DNA of 64,000 nt, taken from Patescibacteria group bacterium UBA918 (GTDB taxonomy: Bacteria; Patescibacteriota; Minisyncoccia; Phycocordibacterales; UBA918). Positions 1 through 7,575 of the stretch are shown piece after piece. The notes beneath the pieces are model-generated. The model had not been told where the DNA came from and made no database searches. It worked only from the letters and a program-made list of their open reading frames with translations. The translations under genes were made by a program, and so were the position numbers. The stretch lies in contig DBEA01000010.1 in NCBI GenBank assembly GCA_002293845.1, forward strand, positions 565 to 64,564, in the 5' to 3' direction. Numbering within the stretch: position 1 is the first letter of the stretch; every line of letters begins with the position of its first letter.

Positions 1-1016
1 ATTAGATATTTCTATCCTGTTTTCAAAAACTGCAACCTGAGTGTAGGTTTCATTAATACTATAATCACGATGAATTACGGCATTTGCAACAATCTCTCGA
101 ATTGCATCGGGCGGATACTCGTATCTTTCAACCCTCTTTGTCCCAACTATCTTCGCGCTTAAAGATATGTTTTTAAGTATAAACGCCTGCATGCTCTCAA
201 TTTGTTCATCCAGGCTACCTTCCAATTCAATCTTATCCACGATAGGAGATGCAGAAGTATTACCTTTATACCGAATACAGCGAATAATAAAACGTTTGAA
301 ATCTTTATGCTGCTGTGGAACATTGGAAGAAAATATTAAATATCCTGCATTTGTAGGTGTAAGGACATCATCAACTGAACAGCAAATGCCCACATTTTCT
401 GTGACATGCTTTACAGATCCTACTTGACTCAAAAAACTAGTGTCACGGCCTTTTTTTGTAGCACTTTTCTTTAAGAACTCTTTAATTTTAGGTAAAGACA
501 AATCATTGAAGTTCCCACCAGTAACTGGTAAATGATCGTATTTAAAAGGTGTGGAGTTTCTGATAAACTCTCTAACTTCGTCCGCTGTTAGAACTTTATC
601 GACATTTTTAATTCTTATGCATGCACCATGATGCATTCCCTCAGATTTTCTGTAACAAGGTTTTTTCTCGTCTGCAATTGGCGAAACTATGCAAACTAAC
701 AACTTTTTTCCTTTATATTCAACAACTTCAAATCCAGGATCGGTACAATTAACCATATCTTCACGACAGTAGTTGATTAAACCTTCCTGAAAAGTAGCTA
801 TGTCTTCAATTCCCACAACTTTAAATGTCTTGTCATTATTTTCTTTAACTCCGTACACAATCAAGCCACCGTCTGGTCGATGAGAGAAAGATGAAATAGA
901 TTTCCACACCTGTTTACCAGAAAAACCACCTCTGCCGTCTTTAAATTCTACACATTCAGTTTCAACGCTATTTTGTTCGGCAGAAGCAATGAGTTCCAAT
1001 ATCCTTTCCTTTGTCA
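1..1016 (-). CDS. ATP-binding protein with AlbA_2 (Schlafen-like, divergent-AAA) DNA-binding domain. Only the N-terminal part is in the window; the gene runs off the window start.
   Basis: Reverse-strand ATG near 1016. It is absent from the ORF track because there is no in-window stop. Hand translation gives MTKERILELIASAEQNSVETECVEFKDGRGGFSGKQVWKSISSFSHRPDGGLIVYGVKENNDK..., whose E-x-LEFK block is typical of the AlbA_2 fold. The segment is visibly AT-richer than the rest of the window. Confidence 0.5.
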
Positions 1017-1174
1017 TAATCAGCAAATCATAACATTTATCACTACATCTGTTGCTCTTGTACAAAACTCGGCAAGAAATTGTACTCACTTTCTATAATA
1101 CTGGTTCTAACTTCCAGCAATCCTGTGCACAAATAAAGCACACTAAGTATCGGTAGTCAGCGCGGTCATCATGC

Positions 1175-1180
1175 TATGAT
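1175..1180 (+). promoter_or_regulatory. -10 hexamer TATGAT with a 6-nt spacer (TTTCGC) to ATG 1187, a leaderless-type promoter
   Basis: Direct read of catgcTATGATtttcgcATG. Confidence 0.4.
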
Positions 1181-1186
1181 TTTCGC

Positions 1187-1996
1187 ATGAGGTCTTATAT
1201 ATTCGCGGTCGCGATCATGATGTTCGTCTTGCCGATCGTAGCGACGGCGCAGGCCGGTGGGCTAGTGCCATGTTCAGGTCCGGATTGCACCACTGAGTCG
1301 GTGGTCGGTCTGGTCAATAATCTCATCGACTGGCTCATTTCGGCGCTGGGAGTCATCGCGGTCATCGTGATGGTCTATGCCGGTTTTAAGTTAGTGATGT
1401 CGGCCGGAAACGAGGATGAATGGGGTAAGGCGAAGGAATTGTTCCAAAATGTCATCATCGGCATCATATTGATATTGGCCGCTTGGCTCATAATCGACAC
1501 CGTGTTGAAAGGTCTGACCGGTAAAGGATTGGACGGCTGGACCAAAGAGTTGGCCGCTCCCGTTCCGAATGTGAACAATCCGTCGATCACCGGAAATTCT
1601 AATGTCGCCGGCGCAGGCCAGTATACCGACACAGAGGCACGTCAGGCTTTGGCCGCGGCCGGGATAACGGTATGGGAATCGTCTCCAGGTGCCACTAGCC
1701 TCGCCAATATCAATCAGGCCACGATAAACGAAGCCGTGAGTCTCAAACAGGCTTGTGGTTGTCAGGTGATAGTGACAGGTGGCACGGAGTCCGGAGTTCA
1801 CGCGAGCGGACAATATAGTCACTCTTCAGGTTATAAGATAGATCTCGACGATACATCCGGTCTCAATAATTACATCACGAGCAACTATACCTATGTGGGA
1901 CCACGAAGCGGTGACGGAGCTCTGATGTATCGCTCATCCGATGGCAAGAAAATATACGCTAAGGAAGGGGACCATTGGGACGTGTTGGTGCAGTAA
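1187..1996 (+). CDS. Secreted TrbC/VirB2-like pilin-domain protein with a C-terminal putative peptidase-M15-like (Zn D-Ala-D-Ala carboxypeptidase fold) domain
   Basis: Signal peptide MRSYIFAVAIMMFVLPIVATAQA, then two hydrophobic helices split by a short loop (LISALGVIAVIVMVYAGFKL...VIIGIILILAAWLIIDTVL), as in T4SS pilins. The C-terminal 150 aa carry VTGGTESGVHASGQYSHSSGYKIDLDD, resembling the M15 S-x-H-x-x-G-x-A-I-D zinc-ligand block. Confidence 0.4.
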   Translation: MRSYIFAVAIMMFVLPIVATAQAGGLVPCSGPDCTTESVVGLVNNLIDWLISALGVIAVIVMVYAGFKLVMSAGNEDEWGKAKELFQNVIIGIILILAAWLIIDTVLKGLTGKGLDGWTKELAAPVPNVNNPSITGNSNVAGAGQYTDTEARQALAAAGITVWESSPGATSLANINQATINEAVSLKQACGCQVIVTGGTESGVHASGQYSHSSGYKIDLDDTSGLNNYITSNYTYVGPRSGDGALMYRSSDGKKIYAKEGDHWDVLVQ

Positions 1997-2053
1997 ATTC
2001 GTTAAAAACGAATTTCGAAATGGTATTATGTAGCATATATTCATGCTACGAAA

Positions 2054-2713
2054 ATGAAACAGATAAAGAAGCAAGAAGCGTTTAATTTAAGAAAAAGTGG
2101 TTATTCCTTGAGAGAGATTAGTAAAATGTTAAATATCTCTCAAAGTACAGCCTCTGTCTGGCTCAGAGGTTTGAGGTTGCCCCCTTCTGCGATCAAAGAA
2201 TTGGCAAGGAAGACAGAAAATGGCAGGAGACAAGCTTCGATCGCTAGAAGGGATGAAACGCGCAAGGCCCTAGCAAGCGCAGCGACACTGGCGCAGGAAA
2301 CGAAAAAAAGGGCAAAATATGACAGGGCTGATCTGAAGATAATGTGCGCCATGATCTATCGGTGTGAAGGTTCAAAAACCATGAACGATAGCGCGCTAGT
2401 GTTTACGAATTCAGATCCAGAATTAATATCGTTTTTTCTTAGATTGTTCAGAAAAACCTTTAAAGTAAATGAGGAAAGGTTCCGGGTTTTAGTCCATTTA
2501 CATGACTATCATGACCAAGAAACACAGTTGCGTTTTTGGTCCAAAGTCACTAATATACAACGGTCGCAGTTTTTAAGGCCTTATAAGAAAAGTAATACCG
2601 GCAAGCATAAGAGGTCGAATTACGAAGGGTGTGTTTCATTGCGCTATCACGATGTGAGGATAGCCAGAGAAATACAGGCCTTGGCCAGAATTGTGATGAA
2701 ATCGGGCCTATAG
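2054..2713 (+). CDS. HTH-domain protein with a C-terminal single-motif LAGLIDADG-like endonuclease domain
   Basis: N-terminal HTH (YSLREISKMLNISQSTASVWL). C-terminal LKIMCAMIYRCEGSK resembles the LAGLIDADG motif-2 of the two other HEG ORFs (LRGLIQTDGSV, LRGLYEAEGSL). AT-rich. The TAG stop (2711-2713) lies inside tRNA-Trp. Confidence 0.45.
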   Translation: MKQIKKQEAFNLRKSGYSLREISKMLNISQSTASVWLRGLRLPPSAIKELARKTENGRRQASIARRDETRKALASAATLAQETKKRAKYDRADLKIMCAMIYRCEGSKTMNDSALVFTNSDPELISFFLRLFRKTFKVNEERFRVLVHLHDYHDQETQLRFWSKVTNIQRSQFLRPYKKSNTGKHKRSNYEGCVSLRYHDVRIAREIQALARIVMKSGL

Positions 2714-2774
2714 TTTAATGGTAAAACAGCCGCCTCCAAAGCGGCCGTTCCCTGTTCGAGTCAGGGTGGGCCCG
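2704..2774 (+). tRNA. tRNA-Trp (anticodon CCA)
   Basis: Cloverleaf read by eye: acceptor GGGCCTA/TGGGCCC, D stem GTTT/AAAC, anticodon stem GCCGC/GCGGC with loop CTCCAAA, T arm CCCTG-TTCGAGT-CAGGG, discriminator G. No encoded CCA. Confidence 0.8.
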
Positions 2775-2776
2775 CA

Positions 2777-3673
2777 CTATTTACGCTCCAGAAAAGCGCT
2801 GACTTCAACAGTGATTTTATTGTCGCCGCGATGAAACCATCTGATCTCTCGATCACGTCTCAGCCAGGACATTTGGCGTTTAGAAAACTGCCGGCTCTTT
2901 ATGGTCAGTTCTTCGATCATTTCATTCAAGGGCATGAGGCCGCGAAGATAACGAGAAAGATAACGATACTCAAGGCCAAATTTTTCAAGCCTCTCATGAG
3001 TGACCCCCTTCTTCAGTAGTCGCCTCACTTCCTCTGCCATGCCTGCGTCTAGTCGTTCCAGAATTCTAGTTTTCAATACTTCACCGTGAGTCTCCATATC
3101 TACCATTAATCCGATGGTGAGAATCGCGTATGGACATTCTTTAACCTCTGTCTCCGGGACGCGGCCGAGTGAACGAGCGATCTCAATGGCGCGGATCAGT
3201 CGGCGCGGATTTTCTTTTTCTATAGACTGGGCTCTTGCCGGATCTAGTTTTTCTAATATCTCGAACAATTCGGCGGCACTTTTTTCTTCGAGTTCGGCGC
3301 GCAGTTCCTCGTCGGGCTCAACGTCAGGTAACGACGTTTTGCCTAAGAGAGCATCGATGTAGAAAAAGGTGCCGCCGCAAATTATCGGTAATTTTCCTCG
3401 CGCGATGATGTCGTCGATGGCGAGTAGCGCATCGCGCTTGAAGTCGGCGGCGGTATACACCTCTTTCGGATCGGCGACGTCGAGCAGGTGATGCGGCACA
3501 CCGTCCGTTTCTTTCGGCGTCACTTTGGCCGAGCCGATATCGAGGCCACGATATACTTGCCTTGAGTCGGCCGATATCACCTCGCCATCGAACTTTTTCG
3601 CCAATTCGATCGCCAATCCGGTCTTTCCGGAAGCGGTCGGTCCGACGATGACTATGATCTTAGATTTGGTCAC
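2777..3673 (-). CDS. miaA: tRNA dimethylallyltransferase
   Basis: P-loop IIVIVGPTASGKTGLAIELAKKF and overall MiaA-like sequence. GTG start, with TATATT 7 nt upstream. Confidence 0.85.
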   Translation of the reverse strand: MTKSKIIVIVGPTASGKTGLAIELAKKFDGEVISADSRQVYRGLDIGSAKVTPKETDGVPHHLLDVADPKEVYTAADFKRDALLAIDDIIARGKLPIICGGTFFYIDALLGKTSLPDVEPDEELRAELEEKSAAELFEILEKLDPARAQSIEKENPRRLIRAIEIARSLGRVPETEVKECPYAILTIGLMVDMETHGEVLKTRILERLDAGMAEEVRRLLKKGVTHERLEKFGLEYRYLSRYLRGLMPLNEMIEELTIKSRQFSKRQMSWLRRDREIRWFHRGDNKITVEVSAFLERK

Positions 3674-3731
3674 AAGGGGGAATATACCCCTATGCTGACT
3701 TTTTGTATAGGCTAAGTCGATTTAATTGTAC

Positions 3732-4325
3732 TCAACATATTTGCTCGTTCTCTTTTTTCAAACTTATCTCGGCGATAAATCTATTTACGTCACGAGATAA
3801 CCTCACCGTGTATTTAGGGCGGCTGCTTTTTTGGCTCGCGCTATAAATTTTTGGTTGATAGCCGAGTATTTCCATCATACTCTTCACATCCGTGGCCAGA
3901 TCTAAAATATTATTGGTAAAATTCACCATCTTGTAACCGCGGTCTGAATAGACACTCCCATCTGTCTGTATTAATCCACGAAGGCAAGCTGAGATGTACA
4001 TATTGTCGCGAAATATCCAACCAGGTACTCTGACGTTCTGTTTAAATTTTGAGCCCTTACCCACTTTCCACGGCATATAGATATCTAGTGCGTTTGAATA
4101 CACACTAATGTTGAAATAGGTATCGCGGGGACCGTTTACTTTACTGACTTTATTTTTGGGAAATAGTAAGTTAAGGGCAATACATATATCGTTTTCTATG
4201 CCTGGATAGGCCGCGTCACATGTTATTCGAAGACGTGTGGCACGTTTATTGGGTCTGGATAAATTACCATCGCCCATAGCGACTCCAATGATATATGCCA
4301 AATTTACTTTGGCAGCCATTAGCAT
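3732..4325 (-). CDS. LAGLIDADG homing endonuclease (two-motif, free-standing)
   Basis: Motifs LAYIIGVAMGDGNL and LRGLIQTDGSV. AT-rich. TATAAT 6 nt upstream of the ATG. Lies 35 nt downstream of tRNA-Leu on the same strand. Confidence 0.8.
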   Translation of the reverse strand: MLMAAKVNLAYIIGVAMGDGNLSRPNKRATRLRITCDAAYPGIENDICIALNLLFPKNKVSKVNGPRDTYFNISVYSNALDIYMPWKVGKGSKFKQNVRVPGWIFRDNMYISACLRGLIQTDGSVYSDRGYKMVNFTNNILDLATDVKSMMEILGYQPKIYSASQKSSRPKYTVRLSRDVNRFIAEISLKKENEQIC

Positions 4326-4359
4326 GCCTAGATTATACCCTGGTTGTGCTTCAAAATTG

Positions 4360-4443
4360 TGCCGCGGGAGAGACTTGAACTCTCATGACTGTTTAGGTCG
4401 ATGGGTTTTGAATCCATTGCGTCTACCATTCCGCCACCGCGGC
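4360..4443 (-). tRNA. tRNA-Leu (anticodon CAA), type II with long variable arm
   Basis: Reverse complement GCCGCGGTGGCGGAATGGTAGACGCAATGGATTCAAAACCCATCGACCTAAACAGTCATGAGAGTTCAAGTCTCTCCCGCGGCA. Anticodon loop TTCAAAA, T arm GAGAG-TTCAAGT-CTCTC, acceptor GCCGCGG/CCGCGGC. Close to E. coli leuX. The anticodon stem has one A-C mismatch, or I misread one base. Confidence 0.7.
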
Positions 4444-4582
4444 AAGCAAGAGGAGTTTAGCAGAAATATCGCCTATCCACAAAGCCCTTTTTCCTTATGA
4501 TACAATCTAATAAATCACGAAAAAGGTGACGTTTTTGGGCGAGTGATTTTTCCATTTTGAGATTTCAATTTTAAATTTTCCT

Positions 4583-5734
4583 ATGTCTTTTCAAGGCGAT
4601 TCCATCTTCTGGGTAGAACTCGACAAGATCGTACCGAACCCGTTCCAGCCACGCCGAGAATTCGACGAGGCAAAGCTAAAAGAACTGGCCGAATCGATAC
4701 GCATGTATGGCGTCCTACAGCCTCTCACCGTCACTCGCCGCGAGCGTTCGCGTGACGACGGTACTTTTTTTAGCGAGTACGAACTTATCGCCGGCGAACG
4801 GCGTTTGCGCGCCTCCAAGATAGCAGGATTGTCTCAGGTGCCGGTCATTATCCGCCAGGGAGAACAGACCGAGCAGGAAAAACTCGAGTTAGCCATCATC
4901 GAGAACCTGCAACGCGAGGATCTCAATGCCGTCGATCGCGCGATGGCGTTCCAGCAACTGAATCAGATGTTCAATTTGAATCACGTGCAGATCGCCGCCA
5001 AGATGGGCAGGAGCCGCGAATATGTGTCGAACACACTCAGACTTTTGGCTTTGCCCGAGACCATCTTGAACTCTTTACGTCGCGGCGAGATCAGCGAAGG
5101 ACATGCCCGCGCGCTCTTGATGCTCGCCGACCGACCGCAAGAACAGGACGTCTTATATCGCGAGATCTTGCTCAAGAAGATCTCGGTGCGCGAGACCGAA
5201 CGTATCTCTCGCAAGATCGCCACCGAGAGAGTACGTAAACATCAGTGGCGCGACACGGATCCGACTTTGATCGAGATCGAAAAGAAGTTCACCGAGAGTC
5301 TGGGTACGCGCGTCCAGATCAAAAAGACCGAGTTCGGCGGCACTGTCAGCATCGACTATTTCGACCCTTCCGAATTGCAAAAGTTGCTTTCACTGCTCGA
5401 TAAGCCGTCCGGCGTCGTCGTGACCCCCGGCTCTCTCGAAACCAGCGATACCGTGAGCGACACTTTGAAGGAGGAAGCGGCCGAAGCCAACGAGGTGATC
5501 GCTAAGCTCGAGGAGAATACGCCGCTCGAAGCGGCGTCGTCGGGGCCCTTGCCGCCGGCGCTCGATACCCTGGTCACGCCTCCGGAGGTAGATACATTAG
5601 TGACACCGCCACAAGTTAGGCCTAGAGAGGATATAGTCGTTGAAACTTCGAGGGAGTTACTGAACAAGATCAGTGAGTCTAGAAAGGAGAATGACGAAAG
5701 CGACATGTATTCCATAAAAAACTTCAACGTTTAA
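4583..5734 (+). CDS. parB: ParB/Spo0J chromosome partitioning protein with a long acidic/Pro-rich C-terminal extension
   Basis: ParB box region IVPNPFQPRREFDEAKLKELAESIRMYGVLQPLTVTRR and HTH GLSQ...AAKMGRSREYVSNTLRLL. C-terminal tandem DTLVTPPEV/DTLVTPPQV repeats. No parA adjacent. Confidence 0.85.
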   Translation: MSFQGDSIFWVELDKIVPNPFQPRREFDEAKLKELAESIRMYGVLQPLTVTRRERSRDDGTFFSEYELIAGERRLRASKIAGLSQVPVIIRQGEQTEQEKLELAIIENLQREDLNAVDRAMAFQQLNQMFNLNHVQIAAKMGRSREYVSNTLRLLALPETILNSLRRGEISEGHARALLMLADRPQEQDVLYREILLKKISVRETERISRKIATERVRKHQWRDTDPTLIEIEKKFTESLGTRVQIKKTEFGGTVSIDYFDPSELQKLLSLLDKPSGVVVTPGSLETSDTVSDTLKEEAAEANEVIAKLEENTPLEAASSGPLPPALDTLVTPPEVDTLVTPPQVRPREDIVVETSRELLNKISESRKENDESDMYSIKNFNV

Positions 5735-5736
5735 GA

Positions 5737-5772
5737 GAAATGAAAAGCGGGCCCAGGCCCGCTTTTCATTTC
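5737..5772. terminator. Bidirectional intrinsic terminator (17-bp perfect stem) between convergent parB and rel
   Basis: GAAATGAAAAGCGGGCC-cag-GGCCCGCTTTTCATTTC with A/T flanks. Confidence 0.7.
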
Positions 5773-7305
5773 TCCAATTCCGCGCGGATGTGTCGTCGGG
5801 CCATGGTGGTCTTGGCCGATTCCAGCCACTTGCGCGTCGGTTTTGCGTTCTTCTTGGTCACTATCTCCACAATGTCGCCATTCTTTAGTTCGGTGTCTAG
5901 CGTGACGAGTTTGTTGTTCACTTTGGCTCCCGAGATCTGATTGCCGACCTCCGAGTGGATGGCGTAGGCGAAGTCTATCGACGTGGCTCCGACCGGCAGG
6001 TCTACCACATCACCGATCGGGGTGAATACGAAGATGCGATGCGTGAAAAAATCGTTCCGCATATCCTCGACGAACTCCGCTCCGGAATCCGGCGCGGAAT
6101 ACATTTCGCCGATCTGGCTGATCCATAGCGGGATCTTCATTTTGGCCGGCGCGTCTTTAGCTACGGCCTCGGTCTTGCCGCTACCGCGTCGGGAGAAAGG
6201 GCGGAACAGACTCGGTATGAGCTGAGCGAACCAGTTTTCCGAACGGTTCTGCGATTGGCCGCTCTGGGAGTTTTTGTAGATGATGTGCGAAGCGATGCCG
6301 TACTCCGCTTCCTGATTCATCTTTTCGGTGCGGATCTGAATCTCGAGGATGTTGCCGCTACTGGTAGCTACGGTAGTGTGGATCGATTGGTAACCGTTGG
6401 GTTTCGGGAAGGCGATGTAGTCTTTGACGCGTTGCGGCAACGGCCGCCACATGTCGTGAATCACTCCGAGCACTTTGTAACAATCCTCCATATTGCCCAA
6501 GACCACGCGCATAGCTAAGAGATCGTACACCTGGTCGATGTCCCAGCTCTTGCGCTTCAACTTTTGATAGAGGCTATATAGACCTTTGACGCGATAAGAA
6601 GTATTGAAATTACGGATACCCGCCTCGGCCAGTTTCTTTTGTAAGGCCTTCCGCTCGCGCTCTAGACGCTCCTCGTACTTGCCGATCTTGTTCTTCAAAA
6701 GCTCCAGCACTCGTTTGTGCTCCTCGGGATAGACGTAGGGGAAGGCCAAGTCTTCGAGTTCTTTGCGGATACGGCCCATGCCGAGGCGGTGAGCCACTGG
6801 CACGTATATCTCCAAGGTTTCCCTGGCGATGCGCAGACGCTTCTTCTCCGGCACATGCATGAGGGTCGTCATATTGTGGAGTCGGTCCACCAGCTTGATG
6901 ATCAACACACGAATGTCCTGGCTCGTCGCTACGAACAATTTGCGCAACGATTCGTTGTGTCGATCGCTGCCGTAGTACCTGACAGAAGAGAGTTTGGTCA
7001 CTCCCTCCACCAGGAATAAGATCTCCTCGCCGAAATCGCGACGGATATCCTCTTCGGTGATGTCCGTGTCTTCAATGGTGTCGTGAAGTAGCGCGGCGGC
7101 TACCGTGCGCGCACCCATACCCATCTCAGCGAGGCGGAGGGCCACTGCCGTGACGTGAGTCATATAGGGCTCGCCGGAATAGCGAGTATGGTCAGCGTGC
7201 GCCCTGGCGGCCACGTCGTAGGCTTTGGTGACGAGCGCCTCGTCCTCCTTGGTCGGAGAAGAAAGGTGGCCCACAATATCCTTGACGGAGATCATTCGTT
7301 CAGTA
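5766..7305 (-). CDS. rel: Bifunctional (p)ppGpp synthetase/hydrolase, RelA/SpoT family (HD + synthetase + TGS; short form)
   Basis: HD motif LLHDTIEDT, synthetase region and TGS domain (GDVVDLPVGATSIDFAYAIHSEVG). The track start is 7349. I place the start at the internal ATG 7305 (MISVKDIV...): TATACT sits 6 nt upstream, and the distance to SGEPY matches SpoT N-termini. Confidence 0.8.
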
Positions 7306-7544
7306 TAAAGCGCAAAGGCGAAAGTGGAAAGTGATTCTCGCTTTGACACGATCCGCTAATTGCTCTAGGCTATGTTTTTGGAGAGTAGAGGAGAGGGGAA
7401 TGAAAGAGCCACAGAAGCCGCCGAAACCCCAGATTTGTTCGATATGCGGGTATCGTGTCGCAGTACCTTGCGACACGGGGAAAAAAGGGTATTGCCCCCA
7501 GCTTCGTCAACCTGCACTCAAGTCGGCGAAATAAGAATGACGAA

Positions 7545-7569
7545 ACGGCGCGAGCTCTGCTCGCGCCGT
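7545..7569 (-). terminator. Intrinsic terminator downstream of topA
   Basis: ACGGCGCGAGC-tct-GCTCGCGCCGT followed on the minus strand by a U-rich tract (ttcgtcattcttatttc). Confidence 0.55.
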
Positions 7570-7575
7570 CGTTCG

